Shown one piece after another: positions 25,793-37,660 of a DNA stretch of 64,000 nt. The translations under genes and the position numbers were made by a program. The DNA is taken from positions 1,197,481 through 1,261,480 of the forward strand of contig MU004232.1 in assembly GCA_010405405.1 (NCBI GenBank). Direction: 5' to 3'. Numbering within the stretch: position 1 is the stretch's first letter; each line of letters opens with the position of its first letter. The stretch comes from Microthyrium microscopicum (lineage: Eukaryota). The notes beneath the pieces are model-generated. The model did no database searches. It saw only the letters and a program-made list of their open reading frames with translations, and was not told where the DNA came from.

Positions 25793-28049
25793 TCATCGGT
25801 AGAAGCATGCCACGCAGATATACACCATCGCCGGCTCCAAAATTGCAAAAAGGTAGTTTCCAGAGAGGATGGCCATGAAGCATATGAACCACTGCAGCAG
25901 ATTATACCAATCACACAGTACTCCGATCCCGCTAGAATCTGGCGTGATCATCTTCATCCGGTCCATAACGAACTGAAATACCAGAAAGTAAAACCAATTT
26001 AGGATCATCAATGGTAGTAGCCATTTCATGTGGCTATAATCATCAAGGCGGTCACTGCCTAGCGGAGAGGTTCCTGATTTGGGAACTATCGTTAGAAGCA
26101 AGGCACTGTAACCGAGCAGGTTTCCTATTATTAGTAAGTGTAGAGGTTGCAAGATTCCTGGCTTCTGGTAGAAGTTGGTATCTGGATGGTCGACAATTCC
26201 ATCATCAGGTATCGCTCGAGGGGATGTTTCCAGCGTCGGCTTCCGGGTGAACGACTATTGTTATTTAGCGTTGGTCTATTTAAATCATGATTGATATAAT
26301 GCTTCCGGTACTTACCTCTGCGGCTTCTTTGCTTTCAGTCGCGTCTGAGTCCTTGTTCTCTTCCGACCATGATCCTAGGACATGTTAGATGAGAACATTA
26401 TATACAATAGAAGATCAAATGATGGACCATACCAGGTAAAGCATACACATACTGAAACATATTTCCCAACAGCACAACAACAAGTGCTATGCCCATAAAT
26501 ATCACGCCCGACCTAGATTTGTTAGCTTGAATTAGATAACAGTTTGCTCTTTGAGATAAAATGCTTGGGAGCTGATAGCTGGATAGCAGAGGTATCTTCG
26601 AGCAACATGAAGTCTTTCATGATGATCATTTTGGCTTGCTCATAGATGTTTTGGTCTTGAACAATGGGTCTCTTACCAATCTGTTAGCCCTGTAACGGAG
26701 AATTTCATGGCCCTCATGTACCGATCCGTTGTCCATATGAAAGCAAATGATAGCCACCAAACCTATATGCTGTAAGCTCTTGTCGATGTCTATACGGAGT
26801 AGAGAAGCGTACTTCTAGAAGAAAGGAACACCCAAGGTCCGCAAGGGCTCTAAATAGCAGAAACGCGCAAAGTAGTGGACGATAAACTAGAAGTCTTCTA
26901 AATCGCCACGAATCCTCATTTGTATCTTGCCACTTGTAGACTCGTTTGAGCTGGCTTCGTGCGAAGCCACTACAAGAAGCGCGAATTCTCCCGAAAGTGT
27001 TGACTGAGATCGCTGGGTAGAGCTTCATTACTTTAATGAGAAAAGCGACGATAAGGAACAAGGCTGGACCGGTAAAGAAAAGCCGTGTAAGTGGGAGAAG
27101 TTTGGAGTGATTCCTTTCGTAGTGACAGATAGCCGGCTCTGCGGGATTTGAAATTGCATGATTGATCGGTGAATCTTGATCAAAGTTGGCCAAGTCAGCC
27201 CACTCGAAGCTTATCGTGGGAATTGAAGCAATTGCAAGCATTGCCATGAGGATGGAGGTTCCGATCAATCTCCATGTTTGCCTCACTGAGTGTATATAAA
27301 GGGGTTCTCGATTGATTGAAAAGTTCGCCAGTTGTGGAATGCATAAAAATGATGCATAGTGGATACTGCGATCTTGTTAGTATAAGGCCTCTGAAGGATA
27401 AGAAGTGATGTAGCATGATCCATGAACATATTTGGCGTGGAATTGAGTTCTAAGGGCTACGCCTACTTGCAGGACAGCGATTCAGGGGGCATCAAACAGG
27501 AATAGTTGGCAACCAACTTACTGAATTTGCCAGTGATAGGAAGATATGCCACATTGGAGTTGCGTGAACGCGGATCCAAGATCGAATAAACCGATAAGCA
27601 GGGCTATGTCACCAAAATTGCCAATAGTAGTCTAGGTAACTCCGCAATTAGCCTGGGCTCATATAAACTTCTTCTTGGGCCGCGACATACTGCGAGAACT
27701 TGTCTTAATGCATCATTTTTTCTTGACTTCGGTTTTTGGGTGAATATTTGTTTGATTAAGCTCTGGAGATCCCAAACAGCAGAATCTAGAGGATTTGGCT
27801 GCCATTTAAGTGATATCTTTTCGGCCTCTTCTCTGGAAAGGGGACTCTCCCGAGGGTTGTAGGCAAAGAGATAGTAGAGTATAAGATACAGTATCGCAAT
27901 AGCAGGATACGTGGCAATCGCTACGAGCTAAAGTATTGTTAGGTAGCTCTTCCACAACGGCATGTCTCACTCACTCCAGTACCTTTATAGAAGAAGGGAT
28001 CGAGCTCCTTGAATGGAGCTACACAATCATAATTACAAGTAGAAGACAT
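25793..28049 (-). CDS. Fungal hypothetical multi-pass membrane protein, multi-exon (structure uncertain)
   Basis: ATG at 28049 (MSSTCNYDCVAPFKELDP..GTG), hydrophobic exons (ORFs 26714-27286 and 25793-26152) and intervening GT-AG introns. Could be two genes or partly decayed. Confidence 0.5.
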
Positions 28050-28513
28050 TCTCCAGCAGACGCATAAAAGACTACGTCGAAGAATAATGAAGAGTGTCGG
28101 AGGAGAGGGGATCATAAGAAGAGTAGACTATTGTTAAGTGGCCTCAGGTAAGAGGCCAATTAACAATAGCGAGAAGAGGATATATCTTTGTTTTCGTGCA
28201 TGGCGCAGGGGGTCCTAGTTGGCCCCCAATTCGCCATCATGAAAAGTCAAGCCATCAGGTAGGTAGATAGGTAGCGAGGCACAGCCGCTTTAGGCTGTCT
28301 ATTGGGGGAATCCGCATTTACTAAGCCAGTCATAGAGGTACACGCTGAGTAGTGAGGGTTTGTTTGATTATAGTGTGGGAAAATACTACCTACTTCATTG
28401 CAAGAGAGTAGAGCTGAGAATGGTGTATTGAGTGAGAAGCTTTCTTCATGCATGAGCTAACGCCAGGCTCGTCATGATCTTTGCTGAAGCTTCAAAGGAG
28501 CTACATCAAACTA

Positions 28514-29138
28514 CCATAGCGCGCGACGGGGGGTAATGGAAATGGTATTATGAGGATGTTTTCATAATTTCTAATAGTGTTTAGCAAAAACATAGCACTT
28601 CTCGGGAGAGGGAGAGAAATTATAGATTAGTTTGGAGTTCTTATTTTCTTAACAAGGCCTACTTTTAGGCTAAAAATATTGTTTCTTAGAAAAACGCTCT
28701 TCATAACCTCCAAAAAAGTGGTGATCTAGGTCAAAACCAGCGTCGCCTTCCTTTTTTTTTTTTTTTTTTTTTTAAATACATTTGATACATTCGAACTACG
28801 GTTTGGGCTAGCTTAATACGTCAAGAAGGCAAGTTTACGAGTCTATAATTCTACTACGATCGTGATTTACTACTTAAATTTACCTTGTAGGAGTATATAT
28901 AGTAAGTACGGTGAAGACTTAGTAGGTCTTATGTTTACTCCTTCTAAATTAGCTATCGTACCTTCTTCCTTTTATACTGAAGATGCTTAAATTAGATAAA
29001 GATAGACTTAAGCTAAAGATAGGTAAACATAACGCCAAAACAACAAATAGATCCCATCACGAAGTTTTGATTATAACTTCATACCCTATGGAAACATGGT
29101 TAGAAATGATTTCTATTACCCCCCCTACCACGCTATGG
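28514..29138. mobile_element. Non-autonomous TIR element (MITE family A, TA target, Tc1/mariner-like), about 625 bp
   Basis: Left end CCATAGCGCGCGACGGGGGGTAATGGAAAT; right end reverse-complemented CCATAGCGTGGTAGGGGGGGTAATAGAAAT. TA on both flanks (28512-28513, 29139-29140). AT-rich interior. Confidence 0.85.
28752..28773. repeat. Poly(T)22 tract
   Basis: 22 consecutive T inside the family A element. Confidence 0.95.
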
Positions 29139-30488
29139 TACTTAAGTCGAGCTTCTACTATAGCCGAGTCAAGTGACCCTTTTCCAACACTCTTTGGGGA
29201 TTTCCACACTTTTACCAGCTTCAAGCCGGCACTGTCAAGCAATTCCTGGTACTGCTTCTCGGTTCTTTCTCCAGCTGAGTACGCCGCCATCATGACGATA
29301 TCAGCGAGCGCTGGATTGAATGGCACACCTTGCTCAGGCATGACAGACTCGTTTAATAGCACCACTGAATCCGGACCCATAGCGTCGCGGATGTGCTCCA
29401 GAATGAGCTTGGCCTGCTTGTCTGGCCAGTCATGCAAAATGTGAGCGAGAAAGTACACATTGGCACCTTGAATTGGCTGTGATTTTAAGAAGTCGGTCGA
29501 CATTGCTTCTATTCCGTCAGGAAGATCCTTGACAGTCTCGATGACAGCAGGAATGTCTTGCACAACAAGCTTCCCGGGTACCTTAGGATAACGCTCTTTA
29601 AAGGTGATCATATGGTGACCGATACCGCCACCAACATCGACCATGAAGGTATCAGAAGTCATTTTCTGGGTAAAGAGCTGATCAATGGGAAACATCTCGT
29701 GCCAAGGAACGTCGAACTTGCCCTGAGATCTCATCGTCATTGTAATATTGAAGGCATGCTGCATTCTCGGTCGTTCTGCGATCCATTCGAACTGGTGCTG
29801 TTTGGTGCCGACTGCGTATTGAAAGGGACTGTCAAAGGCGTCATCCGGGCAATTATAACCCCGTTCAGCGAAGAATTCTGGCAGCATGACAATTTCTCTC
29901 TGGTGAGATGTACTAATTTGGTTAGGGTGTGATAAAGGCATAGAGTTTGTAAAGGAAACATACAAATGAAGAATCACTTGCGCAATCATTGATTCTGTTT
30001 TGTACATCGCCACCACGCGTTGAGGCTGGAAGACATCCTGATCAACCTCGTTGAAGAGCTTGAGATTGACAAGCACTCTCATGATTCTTTCTGCTCATCG
30101 TTAGATGCCATCCGTATCAAAAGGGCGTATACTCGAAACACTCACTGATCAGTAGAGCCTGGCACTTTGTCTCAGTGCTCAATTGCTCTAAAGTGATGTT
30201 TTCTCCTCTTTCCAGAGCTTTTGCACCTACATCAAACAATTGCATATCAATGGCAAGACGAAGTGCAATGCATTTCACAGGCTGACAACGATTTTTAGCT
30301 TGATCACTCGAGAAGACAAAGGCAACACTTACACTGAAGATTAGATTCATCAGATTGTGTTCAAAAGGTTCAACTGTAGAGAGTAATTTGCTACATGCCT
30401 CAAATATCTGCATCTTTTCTGGTGGAGATGCTGAGCCGCTCTTTGCGGCGGCATCGTTGAGAGTTTGAACGAGAGTTGCAGTATCCAT
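29057..30488 (-). CDS. SAM-dependent O-methyltransferase (Methyltransf_2, secondary-metabolism type)
   Basis: MVDVGGGIGH, LVVQDIP, YFLAHILHDWPD, GERTEKQY. Introns 30332-30282, 30145-30091 and 29963-29913. The C-terminus runs into the MITE. Confidence 0.92.
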
Positions 30489-30751
30489 TTTGAGTAGGAC
30501 AGCTGAACTTGAGGGTGATGTTTATTCAGACATGGTTCACTCTTGGAGACATTGTCATGTTTTATACAGACCAGTCTTTGGCAGCCTTATGGCTGTTGCC
30601 GGAGGGTCCGCGGATTCTCCAGCGGATGGGTAGAAAATGTCTAAGCTATGAACACTTTTAAGACTATTCTTTCGCTTAAACAACAACATGTGAAGTTCAT
30701 ATAGAGTATCATTCTTTTTTGTTAGGTAAATTGGCTGTTGCCTAAAATGAT

Positions 30752-31340
30752 TCATAAGCCCGTCAGCGCTTGATCCACGAGTTCAATATCGGACCCTCGC
30801 AACGAAGGTTTGTGCATAGCATGCGGATCCCATATTGTCGGCCGCCTGGGAAGAAATGTTAGGTTCTCATCAATATTGTAGAAGAAATGTTGACCAAAGA
30901 GTGTCGTTCTCGGGATGTCGTGGTCTCCAATCTTCCATGGGCCAATGCCATGAGCCTCGAATGCGGCTCGTTGAAGTAACAACGAGTTACTCTGCCGCCA
31001 ATCATCTAGTCGTTGACGTCCATATCGGCTTCTCAATTGGGAATATTGTGCTATCCATGGTGTAGCATGCTTGGCTGCGATGAAAATAATACATAGCATC
31101 ACCAGTATCAACACTCTACCCACACTAAACGATTGAACAGAGGCATCGCGGAATATCTGATTTCTGCAAAGAGATATACTGTCAGGTTTCGTCGATGGCA
31201 CGACAAAATCCGTCACTGGCTTTCCATTGCCAATGAAGAGCTATGGGGGAATGAGATTGTCTACTCAAGTCGTTTACTTGTCAGGCTGGAGTTGGTGCTG
31301 GAGAGTTGGTTGGTGTTTATCATCAGGATGATATCTATTG
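30752..31340 (-). pseudogene. C-terminal fragment of a fungal hypothetical membrane protein
   Basis: 'LCRNQIFR..SFSV..[TM]..DWRQSNSLLLQRAAFEAHGIGPW..DIPRT'. No convincing start; the upstream region is occupied by MITEs. Confidence 0.5.
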
Positions 31341-31349
31341 GGGCAGCAA

Positions 31350-31437
31350 CAACTCTGATGGCTACCACCAGCGCTGCTAACCAAACGGTGCTTCAATTCC
31401 CAATCCGAACGCACTTCTGGCAAATAAAGCGCTCGAG
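31350..31437 (+). mobile_element. Truncated, internally deleted MITE family B copy
   Basis: CAACTCTGATGGCTACCACCAGCGCTGCTAAC..ATTCCCAATCCGAACGC..GGCAAATAAAGCGCTCGA closely matches about 46517-46627. Confidence 0.8.
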
Positions 31438-31514
31438 TTCTGAGAATAAGGGTGCTGACCTATATCCTTATGGGATAAGCGCTTTGAAGCCTTCTTTGGG
31501 TATGCTTTGATATG

Positions 31515-31750
31515 CTCTCGAGGGGCAAAATAAGTGAGCCGACTCGACGACTATTCCCATCGATTGTGATGGCTGCCATGACACTTCTTAAAGAGCAACT
31601 ACTTTAATTACCGTCTTATTTGATAATTTGATATAAATTTTACGACGCTGCTGAGAACGAAAGTAGTCACTCTCTAAGAAGTGTAATGGCAGCCATCGCA
31701 AGCGATAGGAGTAGCTGTCGAAACGGCTCACTTATTGTGTCCACGAAGAG
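31515..31750. mobile_element. MITE family C copy 1 (about 85-bp TIRs, 5-bp TSD ATATG)
   Basis: Long inverted repeats (CAAAATAAGTGAGCCG..GATGGCTGCCATGACACTTCTTA). ATATG at 31510-31514 and 31751-31755. Confidence 0.88.
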
Positions 31751-32596
31751 ATATGATTCTGTTCGTTTGATTTCATGTACTTTCCCGCTGGCATTCTGCA
31801 AGGCGCTTGCATGGCATATTATGGGCATGGTCGTTTCTTTGAATGTAATTAGCGTCCTTGGTCCTTCAGATAGGTATGTTGGTTGCAATAGATTTTGCCT
31901 TCTCGCGACAAGTTTAATCATCATCTTCATCCGTGAACTGTTGTCTCATTAATGTAAACATAGAATGGCAACAAGGCTGAAAAACAAAGCAATCAGCCAA
32001 TCACAGCTTGATACCAGCATGATTTCGAGACCCCTGTCAAATGTCTCCAATCACGAGGCGGAAATGCAGCGCTATAATCAACGCTAAGCATCAAATGCGG
32101 GGTAGCGTTGATTACGACGGGGCTCAGCCTTTCGGCAGCCAAACGCCATACATGGAGATCATGTCCCTAGAAAGTAACTCGCGTGACATCTGCCACCCAA
32201 TGAGTACACCGTCACAACCTCAAGGCCATGGACTATCAGTAATATGACGCTGGTCGAAAGCGAAAACAAGGGCCGTGGAACGTACGAGGTAACGAGCGAC
32301 GGTGCGTCCAAGCAATCCTCAAACCCCAAGACGGCGTGGACGGGTGGCTCCTTACTCTTCTGGCTGGTCCCACATTAACACAATGATCCCGTGCCCGCAC
32401 TGCTCAAGTGATCTCCTCTTGAGGGAAACCGTCGTCAGTTCAACTTCAACTCCTTTCCTGTTCCTCTCCATCCTCAATTCATCAGTCAATCATTCATCCA
32501 TCACTGAAAACAATCTTCCATCCGGCTTTTTGACTCGTTTGGTTGTATCTCTGTACACCCTCTGCACACCTCATACCTCATACTACATCATACATC

Positions 32597-33304
32597 ATGA
32601 CGACCCCCGCGTCTCCCGACAAGACGAAGAAGAAGGACGGTCCTCAAGTATTCAGCATAGCCGACCTAGGTGAGCCCAACATTCCAACGAAGCTCGTGTG
32701 CTACTACTAGAGTACTAACAGTTAGCAGAGAAAGATGGAAAGGACATCCAAATCAGCAAAGACACACTGGGACTCAACTGGTAAGCCAAGTGGCCCTTCT
32801 GTGACCCCGCTGTCATCAATGAGGCTCGGACCCTCCATTGAGCGTCATCAGATCCAACCACACATGATCGTACAACCACATCAACCCAAGACTAACCATT
32901 GAATCTAGGAAAATCAACAGCAGTCCTGGCACAATTGATGGCGTAGACCTCAAGAAGCCACTGTGCACACCTCTCATCAAGAAAATTGACCTCGTCTTCC
33001 CCACAGGCATTGAGGTAACAGCACGTAACCTCAAAGGTGTAACCATCCGTGATGCACTAGACGCCATCCACAAGCCACTGAAGAAGAAGGTATGTTGACT
33101 TGATGCATCCGATGCTCCTGGGTTTGAGTGTGCTGACGTTTATCTTTTCGTATTCAGGCGGATGATGAGCTAGATGAGCCTTACCTCAAGGGATTCGAGT
33201 GGGACAAAGAAGATGCCTTCACAAAATTCCGCATCCACTTCCAAAAGGAGGGTGCACCAGCAGGAGCAAAGAAGTCCAAGAAGAAGGATAAGAACGAGGA
33301 ATAA
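32597..33304 (+). CDS. Conserved fungal hypothetical protein, 4 exons
   Basis: Introns at about 32670-32725, 32781-32908 and 33090-33157 give a continuous frame including 'VTARNLKGVTIRDALDAIHK..ADDELDEPYLKGFEWD'. Missed by the ORF track. Confidence 0.8.
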
Positions 33305-33636
33305 TCACCTTGTAGTCGATGCCTTCGGGCCTCCTATGATGTTCGATTAGCTTGCACCAATGTCCAGGTGGCATTTGTTAGCACCGTATTGCTGTAGAGC
33401 AATTCCGAATCAAATAAATGTGGCAGCCCTTGTCACTCAATATACCTTTGCTGAGCCAAATTTCGCAATTGATAGTGATGCGAACCATTAAATCGTTCAA
33501 TCACTGGTTAACAGGAGAGAATCATAAGTGACACTGATTGATTGTTTTTGAATCTGCCCAAGCCTCCGCTATCTCACAAATGCTGGGGAGTGCTAGCAAG
33601 CCGTGAAAACGCCCAAAGCCTCATCATGCAACTGAC

Positions 33637-34481
33637 TTATTCCTCAACGATATTGCCCTTCTCTGAGACATATAGACCGTCCAAGAACTAATGTTTGTTA
33701 GTATCATTCAAAAAGGGGGCAAGACTTCAAGCGGAGCGTACCTTTCGGATATCCTTGTTTCGTACACGGCAGATTTGCTGAAGATCAGCTGCACTCTGCG
33801 ACACATTCTCGAGATCATTGCCCAACAATTGGAGCTCATCCTTGACGTTCTTGGAAGTCTCGACGTCGACACCTTCGTGCATGATAACGCGACGGGTAAT
33901 CTTCTCACCCAAGAAGTTTCTGGAAAACAACAGTCAGCACTCCGTTCTCTGTGATAGAAGAATACCAAGGCACTGCCATCGAAGCAGTAGGACCTTTCCG
34001 CCATGGCTCGCTTTCATAAGATTGACATACCGGATCTCAACCTCCCACCGATTTGTCTCCTTGTTCTTGTCAAGATTGACATTGATTGGGAAATGTGCGT
34101 AGACATAACGCATCTTGTACTTGAAGCCCTTTGTCACACCAATGATCATGTTATTGATGAGTGTTCGCACAGTTCGTAGCGTAGCGACATTTTTCCGCTG
34201 TCCGTGGTGCAGATCAATGTTGATTGTGTTGTCGTTGGGCTGGGAGAAGGATACGGAGAGATGGCCAAGGTTCTTGGTGAGTTTGCCTATAAATGAAATT
34301 CCTTCGTTAGCGACTGGAGAACTTGTATTCGAGGTGTGGAACTTTTGCGACATGTTTAAAGATCGCGGAAAGCTTGTGATTGCGTACCTCGTGGGCCCTC
34401 GACGTTGACGATGCGGGTTTTGATGGAGACCTTGACACCTTCTGGGATGTCCAGGGTTTCTTGCGAGTGAATGTACTTCAT
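33637..34481 (-). CDS. RPL9: 60S ribosomal protein L9 (uL6)
   Basis: [57 protein letters not shown]. Three introns. Confidence 0.97.
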
Positions 34482-35204
34482 CGCGGCGGCGTTGTGGGAG
34501 GAATTATGGGTTGGCGATGTCGTCGAGATAGTGTTGGTGGGCAAATTTTGGGACACTGGTGCATCGAATGCGGCGGTGGGGGGTTTTTCCGTTCCGACGC
34601 TACAGATGTGGGATGAAGATAAGATAAGATCCAATACCTCGTAGATATCATCCTCATTGATGGACTGGCTTGACTACCTAATCTTTTTTCCCCATAAAAT
34701 GTTTAGAAAAATAATCAGTCCCGGAAAATGGAAAACGCTCATCGGTCTATAAGCTGTTTTGTCTTGGTGGCAGCGAGTGCTGTCGATTGGAGTACGCGAC
34801 TTTCTCATACCCATTGTTATCCTCCGTCCAACCTTACGGGCTCCTTGATCTTCGACGGCACCACAGAAGCAATATAAGACAGTTCGAATCATAATGAGCA
34901 CTCAGTATCGGTTTCTATTTCTGCACCAGGTTCCTTTCTGCCTCTCTGAGGGAGTAATGAGATGGACAGAATTGATTGTACAGAGTATACCTTGACTATT
35001 TCAACACTCATCGCTGCTAGTCACTACATTCATGAGAACAGATCGGGCTACGGTGAATGGTTGATTTGATCTGATTGAATCTTTTATGCGTGGCTGGGTA
35101 TCGATAATATAAGCTGCCGCCGCCCCAAGGGCATACACAGCATCCAAAACGCCGAGACTAAAGAAATACTCAAACACCAATACCTCATGCTTACAATTCA
35201 GTTC

Positions 35205-36038
35205 CTATATCTTCTTAATCTGCACCTTCTTCCCGGCTAGCTCAACGACTTTACTGATGAGTTTGTCACTCTGGTGTAGCTCTTCGATATCATCGCCGCC
35301 ACCGATTGATATGCCATTTATGAGAATGTTTGGGACTGTCCGGCGTCCACTAGTCTTGGCCAGTTTGTCCTGTAAATCGTGTCCAATGGCGTGTTCATCT
35401 AGTTCCACCACATATGGCGCCGGCGTTATTTTGTATTTGTTGAGTAGGATGTCCTTGGCCTTCTTTGAGAACGGGCAATAAGTCTTGGAGAAAATGATAA
35501 CTTGAGATAGTTAGCAACAGTCAGGAAGCAATCAGTCAGTATACACACTTGGGCTTCGTTTTAAGATGTAGTTCAGCTCTTCTTCCGCTTTATGTTCCTC
35601 CTCCGTTTCCTTTGGCTCCTCGCTTAGTCTTTGCTGATGTTCACGATCCATGCGTCCCTCTGCCTCCTTCATTACCTTGTCGCTATTTCCCTTGAACGAC
35701 TTGCGCGCCACTCCGTCTTCTCCAGTAGCTTTGATCTCCGAATTTATTTTTTGGCCCTCCTCTTTCACATCCGCACCATGAAACTCTTCCGCTTTCTTGT
35801 CCGCTGACTGCTTCGCCTTGTCTGCCGCATCCTTCAACCGCGCTTGTACAGCTCCATCGTCACTCTCCAGCGCCTTGCCTCCTGCCTCTTCCGACTCGCG
35901 CAGCGAGAGCGCATCACGCGTCGATGTGTAAAACTTATTTGTGCGCGTCTGCGAGGCAGATGTCGAGATATAGATGATGGCAATGATGGCTGCGATGGCA
36001 AACATCATGAGAGCCCGGATTCGGCGGTTCGGCGGCAT
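35205..36038 (-). CDS. Monothiol glutaredoxin with N-terminal signal anchor (Grx6/7-like)
   Basis: Hydrophobic N-terminus. After an intron near 35549-35503 come IIFSKTYCPFS, RRTVPNI and IGGGDD. Confidence 0.92.
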
Positions 36039-36683
36039 TTTGGCGAGTCGAGGAGTGAACTAGGTGGCTTATGAGAGTACAGGAAGGTAACGGGGTGAGG
36101 TTTTCAAAGGGCCGTCCAGCAGGAAGTCATTCCAGAACGGCGTTTGTCGTACGTTGTTGGGGAATGGAAAGGGTGAGCTCCCGGCCCGAGCAATTCAGTA
36201 CGCTTTTGGTGGAGACTTCTTCTGACTGACAAGTGGGGTTGAGATACGATTACAGCGAACGGTCACAGGTAGAGTTATTACCTAATGATTGATGGGTATG
36301 GGCGAGATTTTTAGGAGAAGAACTGTCGAGTCTTGACATTTCTGGCTCACGTACATGACGATTGATTGATGGACAGGCCAATCACAAGGGTTGAGGGGTT
36401 TGTGAGAGCTAAGGCCAGCCTTGCATATGCCCTCAATCAGGCTCGCACTGATGTCCATAGTAGGTGAATTATTGAGAGAAAAACTACTCTGATCTGCAAA
36501 ATTTGGATGTTTCATACTGCTTGATTATGATTTCTAACGCAGCCCTGAACAGGCAGTGCCAAGAATCAAACACCGCAAGTGGTCTGCCGCTGAACGTTTC
36601 CTTTCTGATCCTTACAGTATCAATCGAGAACCGCACAACTGACAGCTTTGACATATTTTGTATTGCAAGACGCGTAATGCACC

Positions 36684-36920
36684 TTAATACGAATACTGCT
36701 TGCCCATGCCTGCTGTTCTGTCGCCAAGATTTCTATACAAGTCGCCCTCGCCGAATCGTTTAACTGGTGCACACTCTCCGCACAGCCATCTGGATCTCGG
36801 AAGGGTACTGCTCATTGGTTTGCAATTCTCGTCGATTTCTTTGGCCTTTGAGCACTTCTCGACTTCGCCTACGTGGGTAGGGTGCCCACACGCAAAGAAC
36901 TGGCCCTGGAAAACGCACAT
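36684..36920 (-). CDS. Small Cys/His-rich hypothetical protein
   Basis: MC..FFACGH..KC..C..LCGEC pattern, typical of small fungal zinc-binding-like proteins. Confidence 0.5.
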   Translation of the reverse strand: MCVFQGQFFACGHPTHVGEVEKCSKAKEIDENCKPMSSTLPRSRWLCGECAPVKRFGEGDLYRNLGDRTAGMGKQYSY

Positions 36921-37660
36921 GGTGAACGTGTTGCTGCGCTTGAATTCGAGGGATTTTCTGGTAGGGATGTGCGTGGGTCTGTAGATGAAATTTTGCTATG
37001 TAAGCCGTGTCGAGGATTTCAAATTTTTAGGATTTTGGGTACGGATTGGCGAGGATATAAAAGTCTGTCAACTTGAGCCTTGCGATGTTCAAACATTTCT
37101 TACGTCAAGCTACAATCACTGTATCTTGCACTGCTGAGGCAGTCAACGACGATGAGTAGCTTGAAAGCCCCATACTTCACTTCACAATAGACTGAGCGTC
37201 ACTACCGCAGAGCCGACACTCCCTGATAACATTTCATCAACGGTTCAATAGTTGACTTGCTTTCACTGCGCAACCAATATGTGTAGGCTACTGCCAAGGA
37301 AGGTATGTCTCATGACGAAGAACATGATGATTGTCCAAGTGGAACTTCTCCTGCTTGAAAGATGATCGTGGTTGCGTTCAGGGTCGAAGGATACGCTCCA
37401 AAGGTCACGTCTGTTAGTCGGCAGCCTAAACTCTCATGTGCTATTAGCAAACTACCACATTAACCGGAGAAGATGAGTATGACAGCATAGGTTTATCCAT
37501 TTGCCATCTAGCAATAACCTTTGATGCTTACAATTCGACCTATATCTGGTGCAGGAGAGACATAGGAAAAACAAATGCCAACGCAGCCGCCACTCTCGGG
37601 CCACGGGACCGACCAAAAAGGATATCACCTCGTCTACTATCAACAGGATTGCATTATCGT

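Noticed and set aside
28983..29444. 153-aa plus-strand ORF as a transposase
   Set aside because: It is antisense to the OMT and has no DDE or HTH features.
31133..31952. Short ORFs over MITE families B and C
   Set aside because: They are explained as chance frames across non-coding inverted repeats.
33921..34030. snoRNA in RPL9 intron 2
   Set aside because: A small hairpin (ACTGC..GCAGT) is present, but there is no canonical box C and the CTGA is explained by the branch point.
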